NCBI GenBank assembly: GCA_964016885.1
Contig: OZ024742.1
Span: 91,884,001-91,948,000, forward strand
Direction of reading: 5' to 3'
Origin: Eledone cirrhosa
Taxonomy: Eukaryota
Length of the DNA stretch: 64,000 bases
Positions 13,808-30,927 of the stretch are shown piece by piece. The notes beneath the pieces are model-generated. The model was given only the letters and a program-made list of their open reading frames with translations. It was not told the DNA's origin and made no database searches. Position 1 is the first letter of the stretch. Each line of letters starts with the position of its first letter. The position numbers were made by a program, and so were the translations under genes.

Positions 13808-14558
13808 ACAAGAAGGTAGTACAGTATAATCGAAGCTCTGGTTGCGGGCAAGCTAACGAATGCAGTCGGGAAGTGCAGCCAAAAGCACTCAATAAGGAAT
13901 TTTACCTTAGAGTTATAACATTACGTTTAGACAGCTATGCAAATTGAAGACAGCGACCGAAATGCGAGCCGCTAGTACAGAACAACGAAAACAAAACCGA
14001 CTCAGGGAAATCTTTGACAGTTACCTGGACCATCGTAGATATATTACATAATATTATATAACCTCTCCACTAGGTTTCTGTAAATCCGAAATCAACAAAA
14101 TCCATTTGCAGGGGCCTGCAAGTTAATTGGTCTTTGGAAGATAGAACAGTGGAATTTATTTCGACAACAAGTTTTCGTTCTGCCGCCGCCGGTTGTAAGA
14201 ACTAGTAGTAAACACTGCCAGTAGTCATGTGGATTATCCGAAGGGAGGTAACCCCCGGTTTTGGCGGTCAAATTCAAAATTTGAACAAAGGATTTATATC
14301 CTTTACACAAACCGAAAGAAAGCTCTCAACTAGATGTTATTAAACAAACATAAACAATTAACCAATCAATAGAATTGTCTAATTAAAGTAATCAATCAAT
14401 CATTAAGTCTAGGAGATAATAATACAAGAAGGTAGTACAGCATAATCGAAGCTCTGGTTGCGGGCAAGCTAACGAATGCAGTCGGGAAGTGCAGCCAAAA
14501 GCACTCAATAAGAAATTTTACCTTAGAGTTATAACATTACGTTTAGACAGCTATGCAA
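13807..14558. repeat. About 135 bp direct repeats flanking about 480 bp of unique sequence
   Basis: 13807-13943 nearly identical to 14423-14558; microsatellite flanks. Confidence 0.8.
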
Positions 14559-14707
14559 AAAAAAAAAAATATATATATATATATATGTGTGTGCATGTGT
14601 GTGTGTTTGTGTGTGTGTGAGTGTCTGTGTGTGTGTGTGTGCAGCATGCATGTATGAGGTAATGCCTGAGAAATATGTTTTAGAATGAAACAAAGAAAGG
14701 GAGAGAG

Positions 14708-14773
<66 letters not shown>

Positions 14774-16703
14774 GGTATCTCCTTGAAATAATGGCGTGAT
14801 TCCTCGAGTATATGCCTGCACCTAACTGTGACGTAAAACAATGAATTCGGCTACGCAGGGCTGATTATATGTCTATTTAAAATAAAAGCTCAATTTCCAA
14901 TGATAAAACACAATGAGCGAGTATGAGAGATTGAGAGTATGTGTGTGCGTTTGGGGGAGGGGGGGGGTTAAATGGAATGTGTGGATTTTACTAAGTAGAC
15001 AACAAATAGTACAGCAGGGCTTAACACTTTCCTGGCCATGATTTTCAAATATTGTTTGGAAAATAAACTGATGCTACTTATAACTAAATATAACTATCTC
15101 CTTAAGACGGTAAACTGACTGCAAATGCTGCCGAGGTTAACATTGCACTTCAGTCTTTCGGGGTCTTTAAAATAAAATACCAGTCAAGTGTCGGTGTAAA
15201 TTTAATCGACCGCCCCATCCCCAAAATTATTTACATTGTCTTTAAAGTAGTTGTCTTTAAGTTTGTGAAAGGCAGATTCCTGAAAACCATGGACAAAAGT
15301 TTCATATTTGTTCCGGCTCTTTACGTTCCGATCCCCACCCACGGTAAACTTTGCCTTTCATCTTTCTCGGTCAATAAAATAAATACCAGTTAAGTACTTG
15401 AGTAAGATACAATCGACTTTCTACTCATCTTAAATTGGTGGCCTTGTGCCTATGCTAAAAGTAACTATTAAGTTGGTATTTGGAACATAACTTAAGGAAG
15501 TTTCTTAAATAAAATTATGACGAAAGATTTGCAGTTAAGTATAATCACTTTAATATATACAGCCGTCAGCTAAGTGAGAGCAAGTGGTGACCTGCGCCTG
15601 AAGTCTACAGCGAGGATAATCCACGTGCTTTTGGTCGTAAAGGTCATCATAGAACCTTTGGATAACATGACTTCCTTTATAGAAATATATTGTCATATAT
15701 GTTTATAACGTTTTTCATACCATTTTTCTATACTCGATCCAAACTTCCCAGTTTTGTAACTTGTATTTGTAATGTTCCTTCATTTTCTCCCCCTGTGGCG
15801 ATAACAAAGAAACGATAATTAGTAATAATATATCGCGCTTATTATATTAAATCGACCCCGTAAGCATGAAAGGTTAACTTTGCCTTTCATCCTTACGGGG
15901 TCGATAAAATAAAGTACCTGTAATGCACTGGGTAATTGCTGGCCTTGTGCCAAAAGTAGAAACACTTATATTAAATCATTCAATAATTGTTCAAATCAAC
16001 AAATGGTTTAGGAATATAGGGATGCTGCTCGGATAATCTGAAAAAACCTTCATCAGCTTCGACGAGGAGTGTCCCCACCCCATACACACACACATACACA
16101 CGTGTACCCTTTAAGTAATTCTCAGGGAGATTTCGCATGGCACAATATGTAACAAGGCTAACCCTTTATTACAGCAGCAATCCATCTGACCTGCATACAA
16201 CTTCTGTCTACTTGATTTCACCCTAAAACTCGAGGCCATGATAAATAAGACTTGCCTAAGAAGCCGTGAAATGGAATCATACCTGGAACCTAATGATTAT
16301 AAGGGAGCTCCTTACACATTCGCCAGGTATATACATTCGACACGCACATATGCTTCTTAATCATTCGGCTGTGTTGAAGGAAAATAGTGTTAGCACAATT
16401 GGTAGAAAAGTTTCCACAGGAGTTTCGTCAATAAATAGTACTGTGGTTCCCTTCCCGTATTTACTGTTGTCAGATTGTGTAGCATTATACCGATAAAATA
16501 AAGTACCAGTAATGTACTGGGCAATTGCTGGCCTTGTGCCAAAAGTAGAAACAATTATCCAAACGTTAGGACTCATTACTGTAATATATATAGATGTAGT
16601 AGTTGGTGTTGTCTCTTATATTTTAATTTCTTTGACCGTGCATATTTTTGTAGAAACAAAACAACGGTGATGATAGTAAAATTGACACTCACATGTAACA
16701 CTA

Positions 16704-16823
<120 letters not shown>

Positions 16824-16961
16824 ACATGTCTAAACACACACATCTGTTTACATACACATGCATTAATATATTGGGTCATCAACTATGAAATTTGTAGAGA
16901 TTTCTAGAAGAAGGAACAAATTTCTACAAATTTCATACTTGACCCTATATATATATATATA

Positions 16962-17334
16962 GTTTTGCGAGGTTTTTTATATGAAATCGTGTGTCGAAAC
17001 AAATATTGTTATACTTGGGGAGGGTCATATTTGTGTAATATTGCCAGAATTAATAACAGAACACACTCACTGTTTGGTTGGTTTTCGTCTATATTGTGTT
17101 TGTGTCTATATTGTATCTGTATTGTGTCTATATTGTATCTGTATTGTGTCTATATTGTATCTGTATTATTTTTGACCGTTGGTCAGTCAATGGCAACAGT
17201 GAGGACCGAATAAATTAGATTACCGATATAAAAGACACAGAAGCGAAAAGCGAAAACCAACCAAACAGTGAGTGTGTTCTGTTATTAATTCTGGCAATAT
17301 TACACAAATATGACCCTCCCCTAGTATAACAATA
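16962..17334 (-). mobile_element. Non-autonomous PLE-type hairpin with tail (relative of family A)
   Basis: Arms 17003-17088 / 17250-17334, boundary TATTGTTATACT.GGGGAGGGTCAT, tail 16962-17002. Solo arm at 9581-9645. Confidence 0.75.
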
Positions 17335-18163
17335 TATATATATAGTCAGACATGCACACACACTCGTGCAAAAGCACACACACACACACATAGACACATA
17401 CACACAATCGTGTATTCAGACATCGGCGCACAGACAGCCTACACTTACAAATAGAGGTAGACACCATCTCTGGCACCATCTTTAAGAAATGCCTGGCTGA
17501 GGTTTATGGTTGGTGTCAGCAATAAACACTAGAATTGGTAGGAAAGGGGAAGTAGGAACCGAAATATAGGTTTATAAGTGACTGGAAACAAATGAATAAA
17601 CTGAAGTAGTGAAACATTGAGTGTGATGATGAGCATTGTGTGTATGAGAGTGTGTGTATATATATATATATATATGTGTGTTAATGTTTGTATGCACATA
17701 TGTCTGCATACATGTCTGTGTACGTATGCCTGTGTAAGAATATGTATGTATATAAATATATATATATATATGTGTGTGTGTTTCTTTTAAAGATCGAGCT
17801 GATAATGTAAAATAGATTATCAGCTTTTAGATCGTAGTTGTACGGGGAAAAATGTTTAATACTTAATAATATATACAAGTGGGATGCGGGGGAATTCCAA
17901 GTGTTTTATAAATACCCTTATTTCCATTTTCCATTATATTGTAGATTTAGATTATATCTTCAATTTTGTTTCATAATTAACCTTCTTTAAAGTGTAACGC
18001 TCGAACTTATACATCTTGCGCTCAAATCCCGCTATGGTTAAGTTTGCCTTTCTTTCTTCTGAGGTCGATAAAATAAAATAGCAGTCGAGGAGTGGGGTCA
18101 ATATAGGTGATGTTCCTCTCACCCCACATTGCTGACCTTCAAACACATGTAAGACTCAGGAAA

Positions 18164-18197
<34 letters not shown>

Positions 18198-18200
<3 letters not shown>

Positions 18201-19136
18201 TATTGAAATTTCCGTTGGAAACAGAAAAGGTCATAGAAATGAAGAGTGCTCTATGTAAGTATCAGAGCAAAATTTAATGTATAAAAATCAATACAATATA
18301 ATTACCTCATTACCAGAGGTTTCCCGAATGAGGCGAATACGAAATAAACGACTTCATTCGTTCGTCAGACGAGGCAATATAAAACATGGGTAAATACTTA
18401 GAAAAACTCATCAAGAAAATCAAAAAAAGATATAGATAAATGAAATAGAAATTGAAATATATAAAAATCTATCAAGAAATATAGTTAGGTGTGTGTATAT
18501 GTATGTATATACGCTCACAGATGTGCATATATGTATATGCGCACATGTATATGTATAGTGAGAAAGTGTGCGTAATTCTAAAATTTAGGGCAAATGTATC
18601 TATATGTCTGTATTATACAGACAGAAATGGTTACATCGTAAATATATGAATATGAAGGCGCGCGCATAAAACGCCTGCACACTCGTATACTTAGATGCGG
18701 AAAGAAAGGAGGTAAGGGAGTGTAATAATTAAAAGAAAAGTATCAGTCTCGATATATTTATAAAAATATAATAACGATAAATTAGAAAGAAAAAATATTA
18801 GAAAGAAAAAATTAAAGAAAACAAAAAAAGGGGGTACATACATACACAGACACGCGTGTCTCACAAAAGAAATGTAAAAATAATTATGCTTATATACACA
18901 CGCGCACTTACACATCCATACGTTCGATACGTACATAGACACACACACACATACTTATACTCACGCATATAAACCTGTTTGCATGCCCACGCATGAAACT
19001 GAGTAAGTAAAAAAAGGAAAGGGGGGGGGGAGAAGAAAAAAGGAACAAAACATAAAACCGAGATGTCAAAAACACGGATATAAAGACACGTACACATACG
19101 CATAATATATACATACACACACACACAAACACATGT

Positions 19137-19185
<49 letters not shown>

Positions 19186-19338
19186 CATACACGCACGCGC
19201 GCGCACATACGTAGTCACTCATGTACATATATAAAAAGTATACACACATTAAGGCGTTCAGCCATATTGATACAGGGTGTAAAAAAAACTTGTGGATAAA
19301 TAAGTACAAATATAAAATTGTAAGATAGGCTGCGCAAA

Positions 19339-19369
<31 letters not shown>

Positions 19370-19850
19370 TGAAAATGAAAAATATATCTGGATTGAAAAA
19401 CACAAAAGACAAGTGTAATCAGTTAGTGGAGGAAAAAGGGAAGTAAAAGAAGGAGAAGTAAAAAATAGAAAGTGGATCGGAGAATAAAGGGGGGGGGGAT
19501 ATGAAGTAAAAATAAAAGTAAAAATAAATGAAATTATTGACAAGGATAAAAATGAAAGTAAGTCAGAAAGGGTAATTAAAAAGAGAATAATAAGAGTTTA
19601 TGGAGGATAAGTATCTGAAAGTGTGTTAAGTTTATATGAGCTGGAAAGCAGGTGTGATTTCATGTGTGGGCAACTGGTGAAAATTTCCGTCTTTGTGTTC
19701 AGGCAGGTCTTTGGTGATTTAAGATTTTGCAATATCCAAAATTTTTCATTTATGCAGAGCGTGCATTTTCTTGTTCCTCTAGCATATTTTTTAGATTGGT
19801 TCAAAATTGACCAATCTAGTTTATATTGGATGCCTTGGTCTTTCAAATAT
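18198..19850 (-). mobile_element. 5'-truncated Penelope-like element
   Basis: GIY-YIG C-terminus (WSIL..CTLCINEK..LNTKTEIFTSCPH, 19598-19846), long 3' UTR, HHR near the 3' end, (TA)n flanks. Confidence 0.85.
18301..18378 (-). ncRNA. Type I hammerhead ribozyme
   Basis: ATTGCCTCGT-CTGACGA-a CGAATGA..TCATTCG g-GAAA-CC tct GG-TA-ATGAGGTAAT: 10-bp stem I (2 GU), 7-bp stem II, GUA site. Confidence 0.85.
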
Positions 19851-19911
19851 ATTATATATATATATATTATATTAATCCTTGGTCTTTCAAATATATTATA
19901 TATATATATAT

Positions 19912-19944
<33 letters not shown>

Positions 19945-20050
19945 ATATATATATATATATATATAAGAAATGAAGAAGTAGAAGAAATAGAAGCCAGGAA
20001 TATCCGTCATCAGTGGTCTACTAGCCATCATTCTTCGCATTATATATATA

Positions 20051-20121
<71 letters not shown>

Positions 20122-20319
20122 TTATATATATATACCTGCGAGATTCTGGCGCAAGAAGAACAAAAACCTGTTGAGAAAGCGATGCCTTATTCGATCATTA
20201 TACCAAAACCTTATTGTTTATAAGCAGACAGTATTATTGATTTAGGAGCGCTTGTCTGCACAATATGGAAGTTGCGTTTCGCTAATTTCTACCCACCGAA
20301 ATGCGATTCTCGCTAAATT

Positions 20320-20402
<83 letters not shown>

Positions 20403-21251
20403 GGGTACGACTTCTGTTTTTAGCCTAAGAAAATATCTATATGCGTGTGTAATTAATACACGCATGCATTTATTTTTTTATTTTCAATTAAGTTCTTAAC
20501 ACGTTGCATTGATAATGTTTTTGAAAAAACTAATTAACCCGCGTGAATATTATTTTTTCTTTTCTCGTGTATTGGTTGTCTCCCCTTCCCGCTTCGTGAC
20601 GCTATAATACTTCCTCAGTCAAAAACTGCTGGAATTTCAAATTTGGCGGTCATTCGATACGTGAGGGAGCAGCTTAGCAGACACGATTTTTAACTGCGGT
20701 AAGAATTTTTTCTTATGTCAAAGTTTAATGGGCTTCCACTGATGATTTATAAACGCCCACCTAAATATATTCTTACATGAATATATGTTAGGCTTCTACA
20801 TAAACTGGAAACTTTCTCCTAATTTGTAGAAAACTTATAATGAAACAATTGTTTGGAAAGAGAGATATATTTTAACTTTAATTATATCTCATAAAATAAT
20901 ACAACTGGCTTTCCACATAATACATATAGTTAGCACCCCAAACACTTAAATTGGGTTTATACTAACATATAACCTAATGTTTGTTGAGTGAGATGGTTAC
21001 CAATCAGAGTTTAGCTTTAAGCTATCTCTGTTATTGTATTAAATTATATATATATATATATATTTATTTATAGCTCTATAAAGTTAACTGTCACTAATAC
21101 TTAGGCAATTCAATGAAAGGACAAAATATATTAGAAAATTAATAAACTAATTATCCACTCAGAGAAGTATTACAATATAAGCCCAAATCTCATTTTGAGG
21201 GAGGATACAAGTCTAATCGGCAAAAGGAAGTCAATTATAACATATGTAATT

Positions 21252-21435
21252 GTTTCTAACTTTGGCACAAGGCCAGCAATTATCCCAGTGCATTACTGGT
21301 ACTTTATTTTATCGACCACGTAAGGATGAAATCAAAGTTAACCTCAGCGGGATTTGAACTAAAACCGTAAAGGGCCGTAACTATGCTGCAAATCATGGTG
21401 TCCGACCCTCTACCGATACTACCAATCCACCGCCA
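21252..21435 (-). mobile_element. tRNA-derived SINE
   Basis: Full-length copy of the 1-182 family. Confidence 0.8.
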
Positions 21436-23370
21436 CAACAATGGGTTCTGAAAATCAAGATACAACACGGGGAATTCCAAGACATTGGAATAACCAATAC
21501 TGGAAGGATTGAAATGCCTTCATGGGGGAGGCAAATTCTTCACATGTATAAGGGGACAAGTTGAAAATATATCATACATACCATTTCACTGCTAGATCTT
21601 ATATGGTGAAAGAGGTGTTGTATCATTGAATTACCCTACCCAAAGGTGCAAGTTGAATATATATCATATATAGCGTGTCGTTTGTAGACTACACGAGGAA
21701 GCATCGTTACGCAACACTGAATTACTGAATGAAAATGTTCTATTCAATGTATTAGGACAATACGACTGGCTATATCGACGCTAGAAATAGCAGCCAAATA
21801 CGGTCTAAGTCAGCTCAAACAAGGATGGAGCAGTCAGAATTCTGTCCGGATGAAGAAACTTCAGTTCTTTCAATATTGGTTCTTCCAATGTCTTGGAATT
21901 CTCGGTGTTGTATCTTGAGTTTCAGAAACCATGGTTATGGCAATTTTCATCATAGAATGCCTTTCTTTCAATTTGTTTATTCTATGCCGGACCATATCTC
22001 CCCCTGGCTCATTATCCGTTACTTATTCCCTGTGGCCCAACCTCGTGAGTCATCAATCGTCCCCAAGCTGGTATTTATAGAAATCTACTCAGTGGAGCTG
22101 TAAGTTGAAGTTGTGTCAGTGGTTTGTTGTATACTTTAGCGTGAGCGACTTCACGTAAACATCGGGTGACCTCTGGTGTCACCTATCATAATTTCCTTTC
22201 TGTATAGATTTACATTGGTCCCTTTTTAACAGCAATAATTACAATTTAATACTGCTGTTATTCGTAAATTAAAATTATATTAGATATTCTAACATGCTAT
22301 GTATTGTGTACATCCATTTATTATTTACGTCCCAACAACAAATTCGCATTATGCAAATTAATCTCTTCGTTTCAGTTATGTTTTGGTTTGCAATATGTTC
22401 TCTTCGTAGATGGAAGGATAAAGGATCTTGAATAGTTAACTCGCTGTAAAACATTTTACGACAATCGCTTATGGTTTCTGATTATTTCGCGAGGAAAATA
22501 AAATAGATTTCATTTGTTCCTTTTTCATAGAAAGACTTAACATTTAAATCTGTATTTATACCTTGATTGTTTTTCTTTTTGTTCATCGCTTAATGTTCTT
22601 ACTACGTAATTCATGTATGTTTCATGAAAGAAAATAGTTTAACAAAACACATCGTAGTAAATACATGAATTAATAAATCAAGAATAAATACGCCGGGGAA
22701 AAATACAATTTTAAATTATGTCTTTTTTGTTAGAAGGAACAAATATAAACATTGTTATTCTCGGCATATATAGAAAAACATAAGAGATTGCCTTTACTTG
22801 CTTCCTCGTGAGCAGTCAACTACATAATTCATATGTAATCTTTCATGAAAGAGAAAAATCTTAAGCAAAACACATACACATACATATCTTATAACTTGAT
22901 AGATCACCGTTTTCCTCTTTTAAGTAAATCCCTTGTTTAATCACTACAGAAAAATGAAAAAAATAAGCTTACTAACTCTTTTTATATAAATTCTTGTCTT
23001 ATGAATTTTTAAAATTCTAAGTTTGAACTGTAAATCTTGATTAAGATCAAAATGCGAAACCATCTTGTAAAAAGAATAATTTTAACTGCAACTCTCTATC
23101 TGTAATGAAAGCTAAACAAAGAGTAAGAGATGTGTGTGTGTGTGTGTGGAGGGAGGGGGGACATAATGTTACCCATTAAAAATGAATCATGTGGCAGAGA
23201 AAGACGGGGGAAAGACAAATATAGAGAGATGGAGTATCCAGAAAGGGTCGTAAGAATAAGACATTTTCTTTTTTACGCTTTTGTTATTTGAATAATTACG
23301 AACAGATACAAGGGAAGAAAAAAAATGAAAATTGACAATTAACAAGTAAATATATATATATATATATATA

Positions 23371-23877
23371 TATTGTTATACTTTGGGAGGGTCATGTTGC
23401 CAATAAGAAACACACGCACCAGTTGCTTTCACTTCAATTTATTATAATAAATTTATAAATTTAGGAATTTATAAATTTCCGGTTGGTTAGTTCCACAACC
23501 AGATGGTTGTTTACATATTGTCAAAGTTCTTTCGTCACACATTCTGTGACCTCTTCAGTGACTGGGGATTCTTTTCTTTGTTTTTGTGCCTCTCCTTTGT
23601 TCTGTCCTACGCCATCTTGTTTCCCCAGTCACTTAAGAGGTCACAGAATGTGTGACGAAAGAACGTTGACAATATATAAACAACCATCTGGTTGTGGAAC
23701 CAACCAACCAACCGGAAATTTATAAATTCCTAAATTTATAAATTTATTATAATAAATTGAAGTGAAAGCAATGGTGCGTGTGTTTCTTATTGGCAACATG
23801 ACCCTTCCAAAGTATAACAATATCGGTTTCAACACACGTTTTCAGATAAAGAATCTTGGTAAACAAATTCAGAAACG

Positions 23878-23880
<3 letters not shown>
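23371..23880 (+). mobile_element. Non-autonomous family A PLE hairpin with tail
   Basis: Same left boundary and tail as 9784-12446, no ORF. Arms about 23371-23570 / 23623-23823. Confidence 0.88.
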
Positions 23881-23935
<55 letters not shown>

Positions 23936-24659
23936 CAAAGGAATTGTGGTAAGCAATAGCCGTCGAAACGGCTTGAGCTCTGCCGTCAGGGTCATACTTT
24001 TTCCTATATATATATACTAACTGAGCGGAGGTATTCCCAGTTTCCATTAAAATGTCCAATGCTTCTCAGACCAAAAATGAAATCAAAATATAGGACAGAT
24101 AATCAAAAGCGAAGGCAAATTCATTTACGAAACAATAATACAAACAAATATTGTTGATTGCATTGGTCAGGCGAAAGAATGTTTGTCAGAGAAGTTGAGT
24201 GTTGTTATAAGGAAAAAAATAGAACCCCCATTAAGGGGCTTCATTGCTGAAATTTGGTGAATAATAATGTGCCAGCTCCAGCATTCGGTCATGCTTTCCT
24301 CCTCCTCACTAAAATAAGTTCTATATAAACTTATCTGAAAACAATAGATGAGATAGTCATGAGTGGCACACCTCAGATCGGACGTTTACTTGATCTCACA
24401 ATTGCCTACGCTGAAGAATGCTAAACAACAATAGCATTTAGATTCCTTGAAAACAAAGTCGCTCTTGGATTAATTAAGTTGAACTCCATTGTCAGTCACA
24501 GTCTCAGTTGTTTGATATGCTGTAGATCGGAAGTTGTTGAAGTACCGGCAGATTTCCGATAGGTATATCGTTGCGACCATGACGGCAGAAATATCCGAGG
24601 TTATTGGCCCTTGAAATATCTCCCTACTTATTTTTATCTGGATGCAGTTGGCAATACGG

Positions 24660-27029
<2,370 letters not shown>

Positions 27030-27505
27030 CTCTAGCGTAACACATTCGTCTTTCCGTCCGTCAGGACCATGAAATAACATAAATCTGATGTTTTTCAAAA
27101 GATGTGAGTTAAATAGATTAGATATATTCGTAGCCGAACGTTTGGTGCTGCATACGAAATACAAACTACGAAATAGATAAGAGATAAAATCTATAGAAGT
27201 TAACACAACGTGTTATTTATCAAAATATGAATTGATCTAGGTTAATCTAATCATATATAAAACATATAGGTAAAAATGCAAATTATTTTATTTTCTCTTA
27301 ATTTACTCACGTTTCCACTTCAATATTTCTATAAGGAAAAAAATAGAACCCCCATTTAGGGGCTTCATTGCTGAAATTTTGTGAATAGGCATCATATCTT
27401 GTCATTTACCTTCAATTTCATATAAATCGGAGGGAAAACATTTTCAGCGGGGTTTTCAGCAGGGGTTTTGTGCCCACGGGGAACCCTTTGATTAAAATGA
27501 AATAT

Positions 27506-28243
27506 GGTCGTTTTGGAAGCCTCAACAATGCAGGTGGATAATTCTCCGGGTAACAGGATCCGGTGGTGAAGAGAGAGGTGTAAGGGAATGTAGAATGAGA
27601 TGTATAGTGTGTAAAGGAACGTAGGAAAGAGCGTAAAAATAAAAATAACACGAGATGTAAGGGAATGTAGAATGAGATGTATAGTGTGTAGAGGAACGTA
27701 GGAAAGAGTGTAAAAAAAAATAATAATAATAATAACACGAGATAGAGTTACCTTGGGAGAGATTTAATTGACCCTATATTTCGGATTCGCATCCATCAAC
27801 TGGGGGGTTTTCCGGGGGGGGGGGGGGGGGGGTTATGTGTCGGAGAGGAATGGAACGTATCCTCTGCTGTTCGCTGTTCGTGAGAATTAGTCACGAACAG
27901 CGAACATCAGAGGACACGTTCCATTCCTCTCCGACAGATAACCCCCCCGGAAAAAAACCCCCCAGTTGATCGATGCGAATCCGAAATATAGGGACAATTA
28001 AATCTCTCCCAAGGTAACTCTATCTCGTGTTATTATTATTACTATTATTATTATTTTTTACGCTCTTTCCTACGTTCATCTACACACTATACATCTCATT
28101 CTACATTCCCTTATATCTCTCTCTTCACCACCGGATCCTGTTACCTGGAGAATTACCCACCTGCATTGTTGAGGCTTCCAAAACGACCAAAAGATAATAA
28201 ATCTTATTATTCCACAATGCTTCAAGCAAACTTCAATACTCTC
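27506..28243 (+). mobile_element. About 700 bp foldback insertion with 54-nt tail and 14-bp TSD
   Basis: Arms 27505-27880 / 27888-28189. TTAAAATGAAATAT duplicated at 27492-27505 and 28244-28257. The host sequence matches the Helitron at 60469-61255. Confidence 0.8.
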
Positions 28244-28359
28244 TTAAAATGAAATATACTTATCCAAGTACCCTGGACAATGTAGTTTCAGAATATATAT
28301 GGTTATGGGGCTCTATCTCCAAAACCATAGGAGGAGTAATAATAATAATAATGGTTTCT

Positions 28360-28830
28360 TTAATAATAATAATAAATACCAAGACCAAAAGAAGACTTGA
28401 TAAGGACTGTAGATATATATAAGTATATATGCATCCGTAAAGAAAATATATATTATTAGTGCAGATTAAAATTTAAGCAGAGTGTTTCTGCTTTCATCCT
28501 AAGCGGGATCATCTGAAACTGAGAAAAATGATTCTGTAGCCGAAAAAGTAAATATTTCACAAACGTTACAAACTGGAAGACATAACGGTAGTGCGTGAAG
28601 ACGTTCTCTTATGATGGGCGAAATGTATGCAAGAATAATTATGTCATTATTTGGCGCGAGAAGAACAAATCCTTGCTATGGAATAAAACATATTCTTGCA
28701 ATGAAAAAAATAATATCCTTGATATGAAAAAATGCGGCGACTAATATTCTTTTTAGAATAGTCGAATAATTTCCTTCTACTATACGGAAAATGATTAAGC
28801 ATAACAATACTGAAGGTATTAATAATAGTT
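28360..28830 (-). mobile_element. PLE 3'-end fragment related to 41085-43620
   Basis: Homologous tail and HHR region; CAGATGA core at 28509-28515 (minus). Confidence 0.65.
28470..28520 (-). ncRNA. Hammerhead-like motif, U4A variant (family C)
   Basis: AGTTT-CAGATGA-tcccgcttaggat-GAAA-GCAG aaacact CTGC-TT-AAATT. Confidence 0.6.
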
Positions 28831-29846
28831 GAATTGATAATAAATGTTTCTACTTTTGGCACAAGGCCAGCAATTAATCCAGTGTATTACTGGTACTTTA
28901 TTTTATCGACCCCATAATGATGAAAGGCAAAGTTAATCTCGGCGGAATTTTAACTTTACCTTTCATCCTTATTATCATCAGAATTGATAATACTAATTGT
29001 TTCTACATTTGGCACAAGGCCAGCAATTAACGCTTTACAGTTGATCTAGCTGTTGAAACAGCCGGAGCTCAGCCGTCGGGGTCCTGAATCTTTTCATATA
29101 TATATATATGTGTGTGTGTGTATGTGTGCGTGTGTATTTATACATAAATACGAGTGTGTGCACACACATTCATATAGAAAGAGGGTAGGGATGGAGAGAT
29201 AGATAGATAGATAGGTTAGCAAGCCAAAAGTAAAGAAGAACGAAAGAGTAAGATATATGTAAAACAAAAGAAGTGTAAAATATAACTTTAAAAGCAATGA
29301 ATAACGTTTATTCTTACAAATGAGATTTTTTAATCATATCCTCCTTTCTCACTCATCACCCATACTTCGTGTTGTGCTTTGCCTTTCATTTCAAGTGAAA
29401 ATGTAATTTTATAAGATGAACTGCATGGATATAAATTGTAATTCGAACACCCATCGAATTTTATACATGCAACGTTTTTTAGGTGAAGGTGTAGGAAAAC
29501 AAATTCTTATTCTAAAATGTTAATGATGAATTTTTCTTTATTTTTTTTTCTTTAGTTGGTTGTGGTTAACTGGAAAAAGTTTGAGGTGTCGAATTCTTTG
29601 TAAGAAATAAATATAAAAGACAAATTAGAAAAAGATTTCGAAGAAAGTCAGAATTCCTAGAATAAAAAAGTCACAGACCGGATGTCTGTTATCGACGATG
29701 TGGTGTTACTGCGAATATGGAACTGGATGGCTACTAAAGATACAGTATATTATACATTATAGAGGAAGGCATTGTGTATGTAAATGTGTGTGGGTGTGAG
29801 ACTCTGTGACTGTGATACCCCACTCTCTCCATATATATATAAATGG

Positions 29847-29912
<66 letters not shown>

Positions 29913-30927
29913 TATATATATATATATATATATTCGTGTGTGTGTGTGTGTGCGTGTCTGTGTTTATATATATATTTATTTCTAAAATGCTGACCACTTA
30001 GGTGTGATAGACTCCGTAGCAGTGCTCTATCATGGCCACAATATTTTAGCTGAATCTAGATTTAAAAAAAAAAATCATCACACACACACACTTACATACA
30101 TATATACACGTATGGAGAATGACGAATATAAGTGTGGCGAGGTAAGGGAATAGAAATTGATGGCTTGTTGATTCTGGAATGTTAAGTATTTCGTGGGCGT
30201 TTGAACCTTATGAACAGACAAAGAAGAGACGACAAAATGCCTGGCTCGTCATGCCGACTCCCTGCTAATCAACGTCGTTCATTTTATTATTCCTTACTTA
30301 GTGAACACGTGATTGGCACAATCTTCCCATTCTCTAATAATTCCATTCATATCATTGGATGATTTATAGGTATATGAAATGAATCGAAGTCAATGCTTGT
30401 GAAGTGGTATGTGTCCTAATGATAAGGGTGTTTAGCTCACGATCGTAAGGTCATACATGAATTCGACTCTATACGACACATTGTGTCTTTGGACACGACG
30501 TTTTATTGTACACATGTCTGTGGAATGCTCAACCACTGTCACGTTACTATCAATAGCAAGCTGTTCTGATGGTAGAAGACCTGGAACACTCGACGTCGGA
30601 ACCGACGAAGCCCCAACAACTTCTTGACTACTACGAAATATTTTGTTAAAATTATTTTAGAAAATACAGCACAATTCAGAAATATTGATTTTTTTAATTT
30701 ATGCACAGGGCCAGCAAATTTGGGGAAGGGCAAGGTTTATTAAATCAACCTTAGTACATGATTGGTACAATATTTTATCGATACCGGAAGGATGAAAGAT
30801 ACAGTAGCCCTTCCGCAAATTTGCTGGCCCTGTGAACAGTAAAGAGAAAGTAAAGAGCCAGAACAAATACCACAATGGTATTGTATGCGATGCTCTGCGA
30901 ATTCTGGCAATCCACTGCCCTTCTATT

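Noticed and set aside
21436-21945. Inverted pair 21436-21530 / 21848-21945
   Set aside because: The arms are diverged and separated by other repeats, so they cannot be distinguished from two independent copies of a common repeat.
22370-22875. Diverged AT-rich foldback of about 500 bp
   Set aside because: Too degenerate to define ends or family; probably an old MITE.
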